Part shown: in pieces, positions 36,998-46,893 of the stretch | Numbering within the stretch: position 1 is the first letter of the stretch | Layout of the letters: each line of letters starts with the position of its first letter | Origin: Macrostomum hystrix | Lineage: Eukaryota; Animalia; Platyhelminthes | Assembly (NCBI GenBank): GCA_950097015.1 | Contig: CATNEN010000015.1 | Coordinates: 1,860,001 to 1,924,000 of the forward strand | Direction of reading: 5' to 3' | Length of the DNA stretch: 64,000 nt | Translations under genes and position numbers: made by a program | Notes under the pieces: model-generated | The model's database searches: none | What the model saw: the letters and a program-made list of their open reading frames with translations, nothing else | Told to the model about the DNA's origin: nothing

Positions 36998-37750
36998 TGT
37001 CTGACACAGCCTGTCCCATAATGTCTGACGCAATCCGTCCCATAATATCTGACACAGTCTGTCCCATAATGTGTGACACAGTGTGTCCCATAATATCTGA
37101 CACAGCCTGTCCCATAATGTCTGACACAATCTGTCCCATAATGTCTGACACAGTCTGTCCCATAATATCTGACACAGCCTGTCCCACAATGTCCGACACA
37201 GTCTGTCCCATAATGTCTGACACAGTCTGTCCCATAATGTCTGACACAGTCTGTCCCATAATATCTGACACAGCCTGTCCCACAATGTCCGACACAGTCT
37301 GTCCCATAATGTCTGACACAGTCTGTCCCATAATGTCTGACACAGTCTGTCCCATAATATCTGACACAGCCTGTCCCACAATGTCCGACACAGTCTGTCC
37401 CATAATGTCTGACACAGTCTGTCCGATAATGTCTGACACAATCTGTCCCATAATGTCTGACACAATCTGTCCCATACTGTCTGACACAATCTGTCCAATA
37501 ATGTCTGACACAGTCTGTCCCATAATGTCTGACGCAATCCGTCCCATAATAGCTGACACAGTCTGTCCCATAATGTCTGACACAGTCTGTCCCATAATAT
37601 CTGACACAGCCTGTCCCACAATGTCTGACACAATCTGTCCCATAATGTCTGACACAATCTGTCCCATACTGTCTGACACAGTCTGTCCCATAATGTCTGA
37701 CACAGTCTGTCCCATAATGTCTGACACAGTCTGTCCCACAATGTCTGACA
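36998..37750. repeat. 24-bp minisatellite (GTCTGTCCCATAATGTCTGACACA)
   Basis: Read directly; source of TVCPIMSD-type pseudo-ORFs. Confidence 0.97.
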
Positions 37751-38310
37751 GTGTGTCCTAACGTGCATGCAACAACAAAATGACGTACATATGCTAAAAG
37801 TAGCCACTTAAGAAAATGTTGCAAGCAACATGAAGATAATAGGTTAAGCAAAATAATTGTTTAGCAAGGCAAGAGCTATTTTAATTTCAACAAATTGGCC
37901 AATAAAGTTCATCAAAGCGAACTTAGAAGCCGAGTGTGCTTCAGAAAACACAACTTTCTATATCCGTTCTTCTCATTTACTGAAATATGCCTAACTTTCT
38001 ATAGGTTTATGTAATGTTAACTATAAGCAAAGACAATGTTTTAAAGCAATTATACATAAGATTGGTTGTGTCTAGTTAATATATTATATTCACATTAGAA
38101 AACACAGCTAACTGGATTAAAATCTAAATTTTATTTAGAAAAAGAACTGCAACAACACACCCCAGAGACTTGCGAGCGAAAATAAAAGTGCTTTAGTTTT
38201 CATAACAAGTTATAAGGGTCTGCAGGTCTAGAAATTGAAATTTAGAATTTAGGATTTGTCATTCGGTGAAATCTAAGCATCAAAATGACTGGCTGACCGT
38301 TAAAACCAAG

Positions 38311-38550
38311 TGACCGTGCAAATCAGTCATTATTACCCAAATGACCGTGCAAATCAGTCATTATTACCCAAATGACAGTGCAAATCTGTCATTATTACCC
38401 AAATGACCGTGCAAATCAGTCATTATTACTCAAGTGACCGCGTACAAATCTGTCAGTATTACCCCAGTGACCGTACAAATCAGTCAGTATTACCCCAGTG
38501 ACCGTACAAATCAGTCAGTATTACCCCAGTGACCGTACAAATCAGTCACT
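38311..38550. repeat. 31-bp minisatellite (TGACCGTGCAAATCAGTCATTATTACCCAAA), ~8 copies
   Basis: Read directly. Confidence 0.92.
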
Positions 38551-38844
38551 AAGAACCTAATAGTCTTTTCAAATAGTCATTCAATTCTAATCAATTACTA
38601 CCTCAAATAGTGAGCATTTAAATTGGTCATAGACACAGTACCCTTATGACCAATAAAATAGGTCATAACATCTCTAATTATAGATAATTTGACAATTCAG
38701 ATCAGTCATAAAACACTCAAATGGCAGTTAATACAAACCCAAAAACTTTATAATCAAAACCTCATACAGGTGCAAATGAGCTACAAAATTAAGCAGAGGC
38801 AGTTCCTATCGAGTTACACGCAGAGATGAGAACTGAACGGTTCT

Positions 38845-41800
38845 TCAGTCCTTGGCGTACAGCACGTCGATTTTCCTGTTGTAATAGCCGAAGTTGCGAA
38901 ATACGGCCATGATCTTCAGGGTGTCCTCGTCGTGCCAAAACATCTCCTGGGGAATCGACTTGCGGGCGTTGCCAAGCAGGACATCCACCGTGGACTTGCT
39001 GTCCCACGGGTTCAGCGCAGACCACTCCCGCTGCCTGGGATCCCGCTTCAAAATCTTCATCACCTCTCCTGCCTCCTGCAGAGTCAGGCCACCCTCCGGC
39101 ATGTCGTCTGGCACCTGCGGGTTGAGGGAAAACCGTAAATTCTTTTCTTAGTTGTTAAGGCTGCTTGAGCTTGGGGATCGATTAGAAAGTGGTGTGTCGG
39201 TAAGACTTGGGGATCTGTCAGACAGGGGATCTGTTAGACTTGGGATTTATCTGACATGGGATGTATCAGACTGGGGATCTGTCAAACTAAGTGATCTGTC
39301 AGACTGGGGATCTGTCAGACTGAGGATGTCAGACTGAGGATAAGCAGCAGCAGACCTGGATGCCGCAGAGGATCTCGCAGAGCGGCTTGGTGTCCTTGAA
39401 GCGCAGTCGGCTAAGATTCTTGCAGTCCATGTTGAAGGTGGCCTGACGCCAATGGATCAGTTTGGTGTCAATGTCAGTTGACAGGTGCTTCTGGTCCAGA
39501 TCGATTTTGCACAGCTGCTCGGCAATGTAGGTGATGTCATTCTCGTCGTTGAAGTCGTAGTCTTCAACATCGATGGTGGTGACTTCAGAGAACCTATTTA
39601 TCGATTTAGTGAAGATGTTGGGAGTCTTATACACCTAGACCTTTAACAGTAGAACTACCAGGGGGGGGAGAATTTTCCCTGTCAGACCTTTCCCCGTGAC
39701 CATTTTTTGCGCCGCACCCAAATGGAGCAACGCAGGCACACGAACACAAGAACCCGGGCCAAAATTTTGTTGCGCATCTTCTGAAACAAGAATCCAGTCG
39801 CCAGCTCTTCAGACCGTCGAGATATTCAATGGTTCTGGCCGAAGGTCTTATTCTTCCCACTGCGCCTCAGTGCGGCCTTGCCAGGCCTTCAAAATTGATC
39901 AGCCCGTCACCCGAATGTGCCTGCATCATCTCCGTCTTCGGTGGTCACCTACCCTTATCTAGAAAAATTTGCTGGACCTAAAAAAATTCAGGGGGATTTC
40001 TCCCCCTTGGTATAAAAACGGGCGGCAAAATGGCTTGGTTAACTGTTGACATTACCTGACTATTACTTACTATTTATTTAAATACTAGGTTATTTTTACT
40101 GTTAATTAAACAACAGACCAACCTGGTAGCCTTGGCCAGGTACTCGGACTCATAGACCTGCTTGACAACCTCCAGGAATTTGTCTGTTACACCAGACTCC
40201 CAAGGCACGGCGCGTTTGTCTAGATTTTTTCTACTAAGCGACACCGGGGCGCGCAGGTAGATGATGAGGTGAGGCCTGAACAGGACGGACAGCACATTCT
40301 TCTCGTAGTAGAGAAACCAGTCTCGAGCATCAGCAGACATTAGGCCACACTCGGCCATGGCGCGGGCGAACACGTAGGTGGCAAATGGACTGCGGTTCAT
40401 CACGAAGCCCTGGCCTGTACAATAGGGATAATTGTGGGATCTTGAGCTAAACATATGTATTAATTAACATTCAACAATATATGCACACAATTGCCTTAAG
40501 GACAAAATAAGAGAGTTAGGGGGAATGTAGACAAATGTTATAGTTTGTTGTCTTAGTGCTAAATAGATAATGAAGCAATTTGTTACAAAATTTAACTGTA
40601 CAGCATAATCATAATCCAGAAACTTGGAATACCAAGGAAAATTATATTGATGTAGTATTTGGGTTCCTAAATAAAAACAGAATCATAAACATAGTGCTTT
40701 GATTTTAAACTTTAAGAATAAAGAAGTGACTGTATTATAGTTATTACTGAATACATTTATTTATTTATTTCATTTTTATATGATAACTTGCATAATACAT
40801 AGCATAAAGCCAAGCTATTATTAGTACATAGCTAATATCATTTGTGTCATCTTAGCTATATGATTTTTAGGGATCCTAGACACTTCGTCATCTTACAACT
40901 TTGTCATCTTACAACTTCGTCATCCACTTGGAAGGTAGGACACTTCGTTATCCAGCCAATTTGCATGCTTTAAAGTTTGGTCAGTTCGTCATCTACTAAT
41001 AACAAGCAATCAAGTTCATCATCAATAAAGCGAGGGTGGGGTGGTGGGGCAGAGGTGTGAACACACTTCACACTCTAAATTGTCAAAAAGAGGTGTCAAA
41101 ACTGATTTCATTATAAGTGTTGAAAGATAGGTGCTAACACAATGTGAGGAGGGGTGGGGAGTGGTGGTTCTGTTCTAACTTTGAAAACTTTTGTTTTATA
41201 GATGACGAAGTGTTCTTAAGTCTAAGTCTCTTCATCATCCACCCTCTAAGATATTGGACAGATTGTCATCTGGATGACAAAGTTGTAAGATGACGAAGTG
41301 TCCAGGTACCGCTTTTTACAACTAAATTTAGACCTATGAACTTTGGTACAACAGTACCTGATCTTGATTAGACCTAATCCTGAGAAAAATTGTTTCTAAA
41401 ACTAATAATACAATGCAATTGCTAAAATCTACTAAGACTGTTGTAGGCCTAGCTGCTTGTGTGCTATATATGTGTTATATGTAAATATTCATAGAATAAT
41501 AAATAAATAAGAAATATATTGAGAAATATGAATATATTGCAATAAAACTAGTCCATTTTAAATCAAAAATTTAAATTTTAAATGACTACAACTTAAATGA
41601 ATTTTTGTGGTATAAATAATACTAATACACAGTTCAAGCATAGCAATACTCATTTAAAAAATGGTAGCAATTGTGCAGGCTCAAAAACTATAAATATTTC
41701 ATGTAGCTGTAGATTGTGTAGCTAGAATAAACATACAGCTTTGCATCAGTATAGTAGCCTCACAAACCTGTATTGAAAAGGTGAGCACAGCCTTTCCAGT

Positions 41801-42275
41801 AGTCCATACAGCGGTACATCATGTAGTTCTGCTGTAGGTAAAGTGGCTTTCCATGATGAATTGGGTCCTTGTCAGTAAATAACATCTCTGTTGTGTAGAA
41901 TTTGTATTTCTCTGGCAGAACAGCATTATAGTCTCGATAATCCAGGGCTGGTTCATAGTTTTTGTCCAAGAAAAATCGGTCGTCTGTGATGCCTGGGATG
42001 TACCTAAGGTACAATTCGTCGGCAAGTTTACGAGCAAATGTGCCTTTGCCAACGGCAATGTTGCCTTCAACAGTAATCGATCGGCTATTGTCATTCAGAC
42101 GATACTGCGCACGATCGAAAAAACTAGGGGCCTCATGAAGATTTTCATAGGGGTGGTCCAACCAATAGTACTGAATTCCTTTCGACTTTAGTTGAAGAGC
42201 ACATCTAGGCTGGAAGAGCTGGAATGCTCTATGGCTATGCCGCAGAGTTATTGTGCGCAGTAAAGCAGAAGACAT
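38845..42275 (-). CDS. NDUFA10: NADH:ubiquinone oxidoreductase 42-kDa subunit (NDUFA10), ~435 aa; exons 42275-41768, 40414-40123, 39593-39356, 39114-38845
   Basis: Mitochondrial-presequence-like N-terminus; ITVEGNIAVGKG P-loop; TGQGFVMNRS; PHLIIYLRAPV. All three introns GT-AG with phases 1, 2 and 0 that keep the frame. Confidence 0.9.
39170..39340. repeat. Degenerate ~16-18-bp repeat (GACTGGGGATCTGTCA) in NDUFA10 intron 3
   Basis: About 9 imperfect copies. Confidence 0.75.
39656..40012. mobile_element. MITE-like element in NDUFA10 intron 2
   Basis: Imperfect inverted termini TACCAGGGGGGGGAGAATTTTCCCTG and CAGGGGGATTTCTCCCCCTTGGTA, bounded by TA. Confidence 0.55.
40871..41310. mobile_element. 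MITE with ~38-bp TIRs in NDUFA10 intron 1 (possibly Mutator-like)
   Basis: TIR GACACTTCGTCATCTTACAACTTTGTCATC at both ends. Flanks GATTTTTAG and GCTTTTTAC match 7/9, a possible decayed 9-bp TSD. Confidence 0.75.
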
Positions 42276-42554
42276 AGCAGTTTAAGCTATTAACTTAATT
42301 GATCTAAATTAATCTCGCAGTTGAGCTGGAGAAAAAATATGCTTTTAATACTTACTCCTATACTTTCTATAGCAACACCTTTGGGGTTAAAATCTCTCTT
42401 AAGATGTCGTAGAAAATCTCTGCAAAATTATATTTTAAAAAATTATATCTTCTGGTAAAACAAATGTTGCTCACATTGTGTTGTTTTAATAGCTTTATTT
42501 AATTTATAACTTAAGTTTTGTTAACATTTTAAGTTCATATTTTATATAAAATAT

Positions 42555-43873
42555 GGGGCTAACCCCCAAGAACCTTTGGTGGATTTACACGGCGATCATC
42601 AGACCGTCCGTTGCGTACGCTGGCCTCATCTGGGCCGGTGCCATGGGCATCCAGAAAAACCTGGAGGCACTCTATAGGGTGCAGGGCAGAGCCTGTCGTA
42701 TGACGCTGGGCGCCCCACCTTCCACTCCCTTCGAAGGCGTGAATGTCTTCCTCAACGCTACACCCATTGACATTTTTATCAAAGGGGAAGCGGCTAAGTC
42801 CACCCGGCGTCTTCTAGATGCGGGATCTCCTTCCAGAACGTGCGAGCCTTCCCGAAGCGCTCCCTTCTGCCTCACTCTGACCTTTGCCTGAAAACTCTGG
42901 GCGAGTGTGGTGGGCTCACCATCCTCTCGGACGGGGCCCCGGCCACTTTACTCCGGAGCCACAGGTACAAGGTCAGCATCCTCCCTCGCAATGAGGTCAA
43001 GTACTACTGGGATGACCCAGCGGTCCACTGCTACACTGACGGCTCTCTGATGAACGGCAAATCGGGATTCGGAGTGTGCGTCGCCTCGGGTGGTGAGGTC
43101 CTCTGGACCCACTCCCAACACTGTGGCAAGAGCTCTAGCATTTTCCAAAACGAAATGCTCGCCATCAGTCTCTGTGCGGCTGAACTGCGCCAGAGGCAGC
43201 TGACTGGACGAAGGATCTTTTTTCACTCCGACAGTCAAGCAGCTCTCAAGGCCCTCAGCCGCTGCACCTCTCGCTCCAGAACCACCTTAGACTGCCACAC
43301 CCAGTTAAACGGATTGGCACAGTCTAACAAGGTGGAGCTGATGTGGATCCCTGGGCACGCCGAGCTCACAGGGAATGAGATGGCGGACCAGCTTGAAAAG
43401 GCTGGCGCAGCCAGCTCCCTGTTGGGCCCGGGCCCGGAGGCCCCGATCCCCATTTCCGTGGTCAACTCCAACATCCACCGCTGGATGGAGACCCAACACC
43501 GGAGGAGGTGGTCTTGCACCCTGAACTGTCGCCAGTCCAGGGCTGCGGTGCCCACCCCCTCTAGCAACCTGCGTAAGGCCTTACTCAGGCTAAATCGCAG
43601 AGACCTGAGAGCAGTCACCATGGCCCTCTCGGGACATGGCTGCTTCACCAGACACCGTTACCTCCAAGGCCACGTGCCGGAAGAAACGTGTCCCTTCTGC
43701 TGCTCCGGATGCGAAAACGCCGAGCATTTCATCTGCCACTGCCCGGCCTTCACCCGGGCAAGGCTAAAACATCTCGGGCCGGCTCCAACCCTAGTCGAAG
43801 CCTGCTCGCCCGAGAGCATTCCACAGCTCGCCCACTTCCTTCGGGATACCGGCCGAGCTGATTTCTTCCCAGC
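42555..43873 (+). mobile_element. Non-LTR retrotransposon fragment (post-RT region + RNase H), frameshifted and truncated at both ends
   Basis: WGLTPKNLWWIYTAIIRP..., CYTDGS, FQNEMLAI, FHSDSQAAL, WIPGH, GNEMAD, CPFC knuckle. Frameshift near 42840-42890; lacks the 3' UTR/tail seen in the 36 kb copy. Confidence 0.9.
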
Positions 43874-43975
43874 ATCAGGGACCTTGATGCGAGAGGCAAA
43901 CGTGCCAGACGCTCTGCCACCGACCCGCCCCCGACAGTCTGGCATAATCTAAACAAAATCCTACGCCCAATTTAG

Positions 43976-44211
43976 ACAGAAACATCTACACAAGCTCCAG
44001 CGGATCCGGCCTGACAGTCGCGACCTCGCAGACCTCGTTCTGGCCGACCACCGCCAAGTCGGACGCTGACTGCCTGCTCCAGTGCAGCGCCAGAGACGAC
44101 TGTCAGGCTGCCGTGTTCTCACAGCGGCTTCTCACCTGCCACCTACTCGCGTTCGCCTACCCGCCAGCCAGCCTGAGCGGCCCCGATTGGGCTCTCTACG
44201 TGCGCGGCTGA
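43976..44211 (+). pseudogene. Orphan exon 2 (PAN/apple-like) of the WSC gene family
   Basis: 236-nt exon with TTTAG acceptor and TGA, near-identical to 56520-56755 and 59384-59619. 3' flank resembles the 56.7 kb copy. No exon 1 upstream (LINE there instead). Confidence 0.85.
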
Positions 44212-44440
44212 AAAAGACACCGCCTGCTCGTGTCCGCAGAAGCTGACACGAATGAGAAGCGATCCTGTGTCTGAGTTACCTGAGGTTTAAGAGACATCTC
44301 GCGTTTTTATGCACAGGGGCTATAATTTTTATGAGAATCGTATTGCAGTCCCAGCAAATTGATCGCAAATTGATGATCATTCACGAGTCTAAAAACGTTT
44401 TCAAAATTCAATTTCATAACTGTACATTGCTAATGCACTG

Positions 44441-44905
44441 TGTGACGTTGTCTCTCTAATTTAATGTAATTTTAATATGCTATTTCTAATTAAGTGCATT
44501 ATTTTCGTTAGCTATATTTGTTAGGGATATTTCTTCGGTTTTTCATATATATTTATAATGGTTTTGTTTTAGTGTACTACATAGTCGTAGTTCGTATTCA
44601 AATGTGCTAATTAGGCCTTTCCAGGAAGGCTCCACCCCCCCGTGCCTGGTTCTGGTTCTACGACTGAGTGCTGGCTATTATTTAAGTGTGGCTAATTTCA
44701 ACTGTAGCCGTAACTACTTTCAAGTGAATCTTGATATATCTCTATATGTCTCTAAGTAACATATCTCTAAGTCATATAGCCAGCATTCACCGTTAAGCGA
44801 TCTCGTTATTTGAAGACCCAATTTACTGCCGAATAATTTACCTTACTACTAGTAAAATAAACCGAAACTGCTACGCCTATACATTGGGACCGAAACTTCG
44901 TCATA
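44441..44905 (+). repeat. 5' LTR (TGTGACG...CGTCATA)
   Basis: Direct repeat of 53657-54121. Confidence 0.97.
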
Positions 44906-45830
44906 TAAATTTGGAGGACCCACCGTCAATTACAATTCGAACTCGGTCATCGATCATCGTCATTCGTCAAAAAGCTAGCTCATGCTCATCATTAATTAGA
45001 TCCCAAGTACCGTCTACTAAAGTCCAACAGTGATACAGTGATACGGTTCACGGCACAGCCTACCTACTACACAGTCGATCGAGAAAGTAAACAACAACTA
45101 ACCTTATCAGCTTAAGCGTATCGGCAGTGTTTCTTCGCAGAGTGAGTCAGACGCTAAGCTTAAAGGAGGGTCAGACAACCAGCCAACCTCTGTGCTCTGC
45201 GCCTGTGTCCAATCACGTGACCACTAAACACACCTGGTTAGGAGTATCAACTCTTAATTGCAAGCGCAACAACCCCAAAGCTTTAGCCCGCCGAGCGCCA
45301 CCCCTCTCGTCTGTTGAACTGCGCCTAGCCATTGCAATCGATTGCCTAAGGGTTCTCTCGGCCTGCGCCCCGCTTGATTTTTGTGGACTAGGCGAGCCAG
45401 GCTAGCACTGCAAAGCATTGCCGCCGGGTCGTCACTTACAACATCAGCAATAGCAGTCAATTAGCCAAACGCCGGCAGCAGCGGCCCTACGCCAGCTGTT
45501 CACGACAACAGCTACTACGGCAGCCGGTGCCAGCCTGCAGTTGCAACAGCGGCCAACAACAATCGGTTAGCATCAGAGCATCGCCTCGCGGGTTGAACGG
45601 GCCTGCGACTGAAGGGCACCTGCCATCTGCGAACAAGCCAAGCCAAGCTGAACCGAACCGATCCGAGCCGAGCGGTGTGCAGCAAGCCGGGTCCGTGGCG
45701 AACTGAGCAGTGTGCCGAAGACAACGGCGGCCGAGATTCGGAACTGGTGGTTGCAGCTAAGGCTGAGTTCAATTATTTATTATTATTATTATATTAGGAT
45801 CTATTGTGGCAGTAACTTTAGACTTAGGAC

Positions 45831-46770
45831 CAGGGTTTTTTTTTAACCCCAATTAGTACCCCATGGGGTATTAGTCAACTGATTTGGGGTACTATTTTGC
45901 CCTTTGATACCCCAAAAAGGGGTATTACCTTTTCGACATTAAAAAATTAAGGCTTTGCTTTTCTGGATCTGGACCTGGGGGACATCTCTTAGACTTAAAG
46001 GCTGGAGCCAGACATACAGATTACAGAGGGAGCCGGTAATGCGAACTAAGTCTAAGTCTTGGAGGCTTAGACTCCTATGACCATGACTAAGTTCGGATGG
46101 GATGGGAAGGAAGGGAGGGAATCGGTATAATAAGCTGGGGCCTGGGCTGGGCCAACATAGGTCTTTGTAAGTTTGTACATCGACTGGAGTGGCTGGCTGC
46201 TAGGCTAGCCCAGAAAAAGGGGAGAGGGGTGGTGTCGGGGAGTGGAGTGGGGACGGAGGAGTCTGAGACTCGGAGACTCGGAGACTCCGACTCGGAGAGT
46301 CGGATGCGAAAAGGGGGCAGGGAAGAGGGAACCGATCATGGCATTCCGCATTGGGAGAGATAGGGGGAGTGGGGTTGTTGTTGTTGAAGCTTGAAATAAA
46401 TGTACTTTGGAGACAGACCCGTTACAAAGTAGTGGGGTCAGTCAGCAGGGGAAAGAGAAAAAAAAATGTACATGAACAGATGACAGTTTTTCTTTGATAC
46501 TATGAATCGGAGTACAAGGAAATAATCATAGGAAAGAAAACTTATCCCAATCACAGACTGCTACACGCTGCGCACTGAACAGCTATTTTATCTAAAAGCA
46601 CTGCAATATTTATGATGGGGTTAATTTTTCCGACATTGGCCATAATTGCATTTTTATGGAACTTGAAGAATTAGGAATGCCATGGGGTATTGCTCCACCA
46701 AAATGGGGTACTACTCGGAAGCTTGATACCCCAATTCGGGTACTACTCAACCCCGAAAAAAATAACACTG
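45831..46770. mobile_element. Non-autonomous hAT-type element (940 bp) in the gypsy leader
   Basis: Perfect 8-bp TSD CTTAGGAC (45823-45830 and 46771-46778); termini CAGGGTTTTT...AAAATAACACTG; subterminal GGGGTA/TACCCC reiterations; no ORF of note. Confidence 0.92.
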
Positions 46771-46893
46771 CTTAGGACCACCATTAGTACTAGACTTGTT
46801 GCTCAATCATTTGTAAACTGCCACATTCTTTCTTGTGTAGGCCTAGCTCGTTCTTCGCTCCTCTTTTTCTAGTTGTGTATCTGAGTTCTAGTC

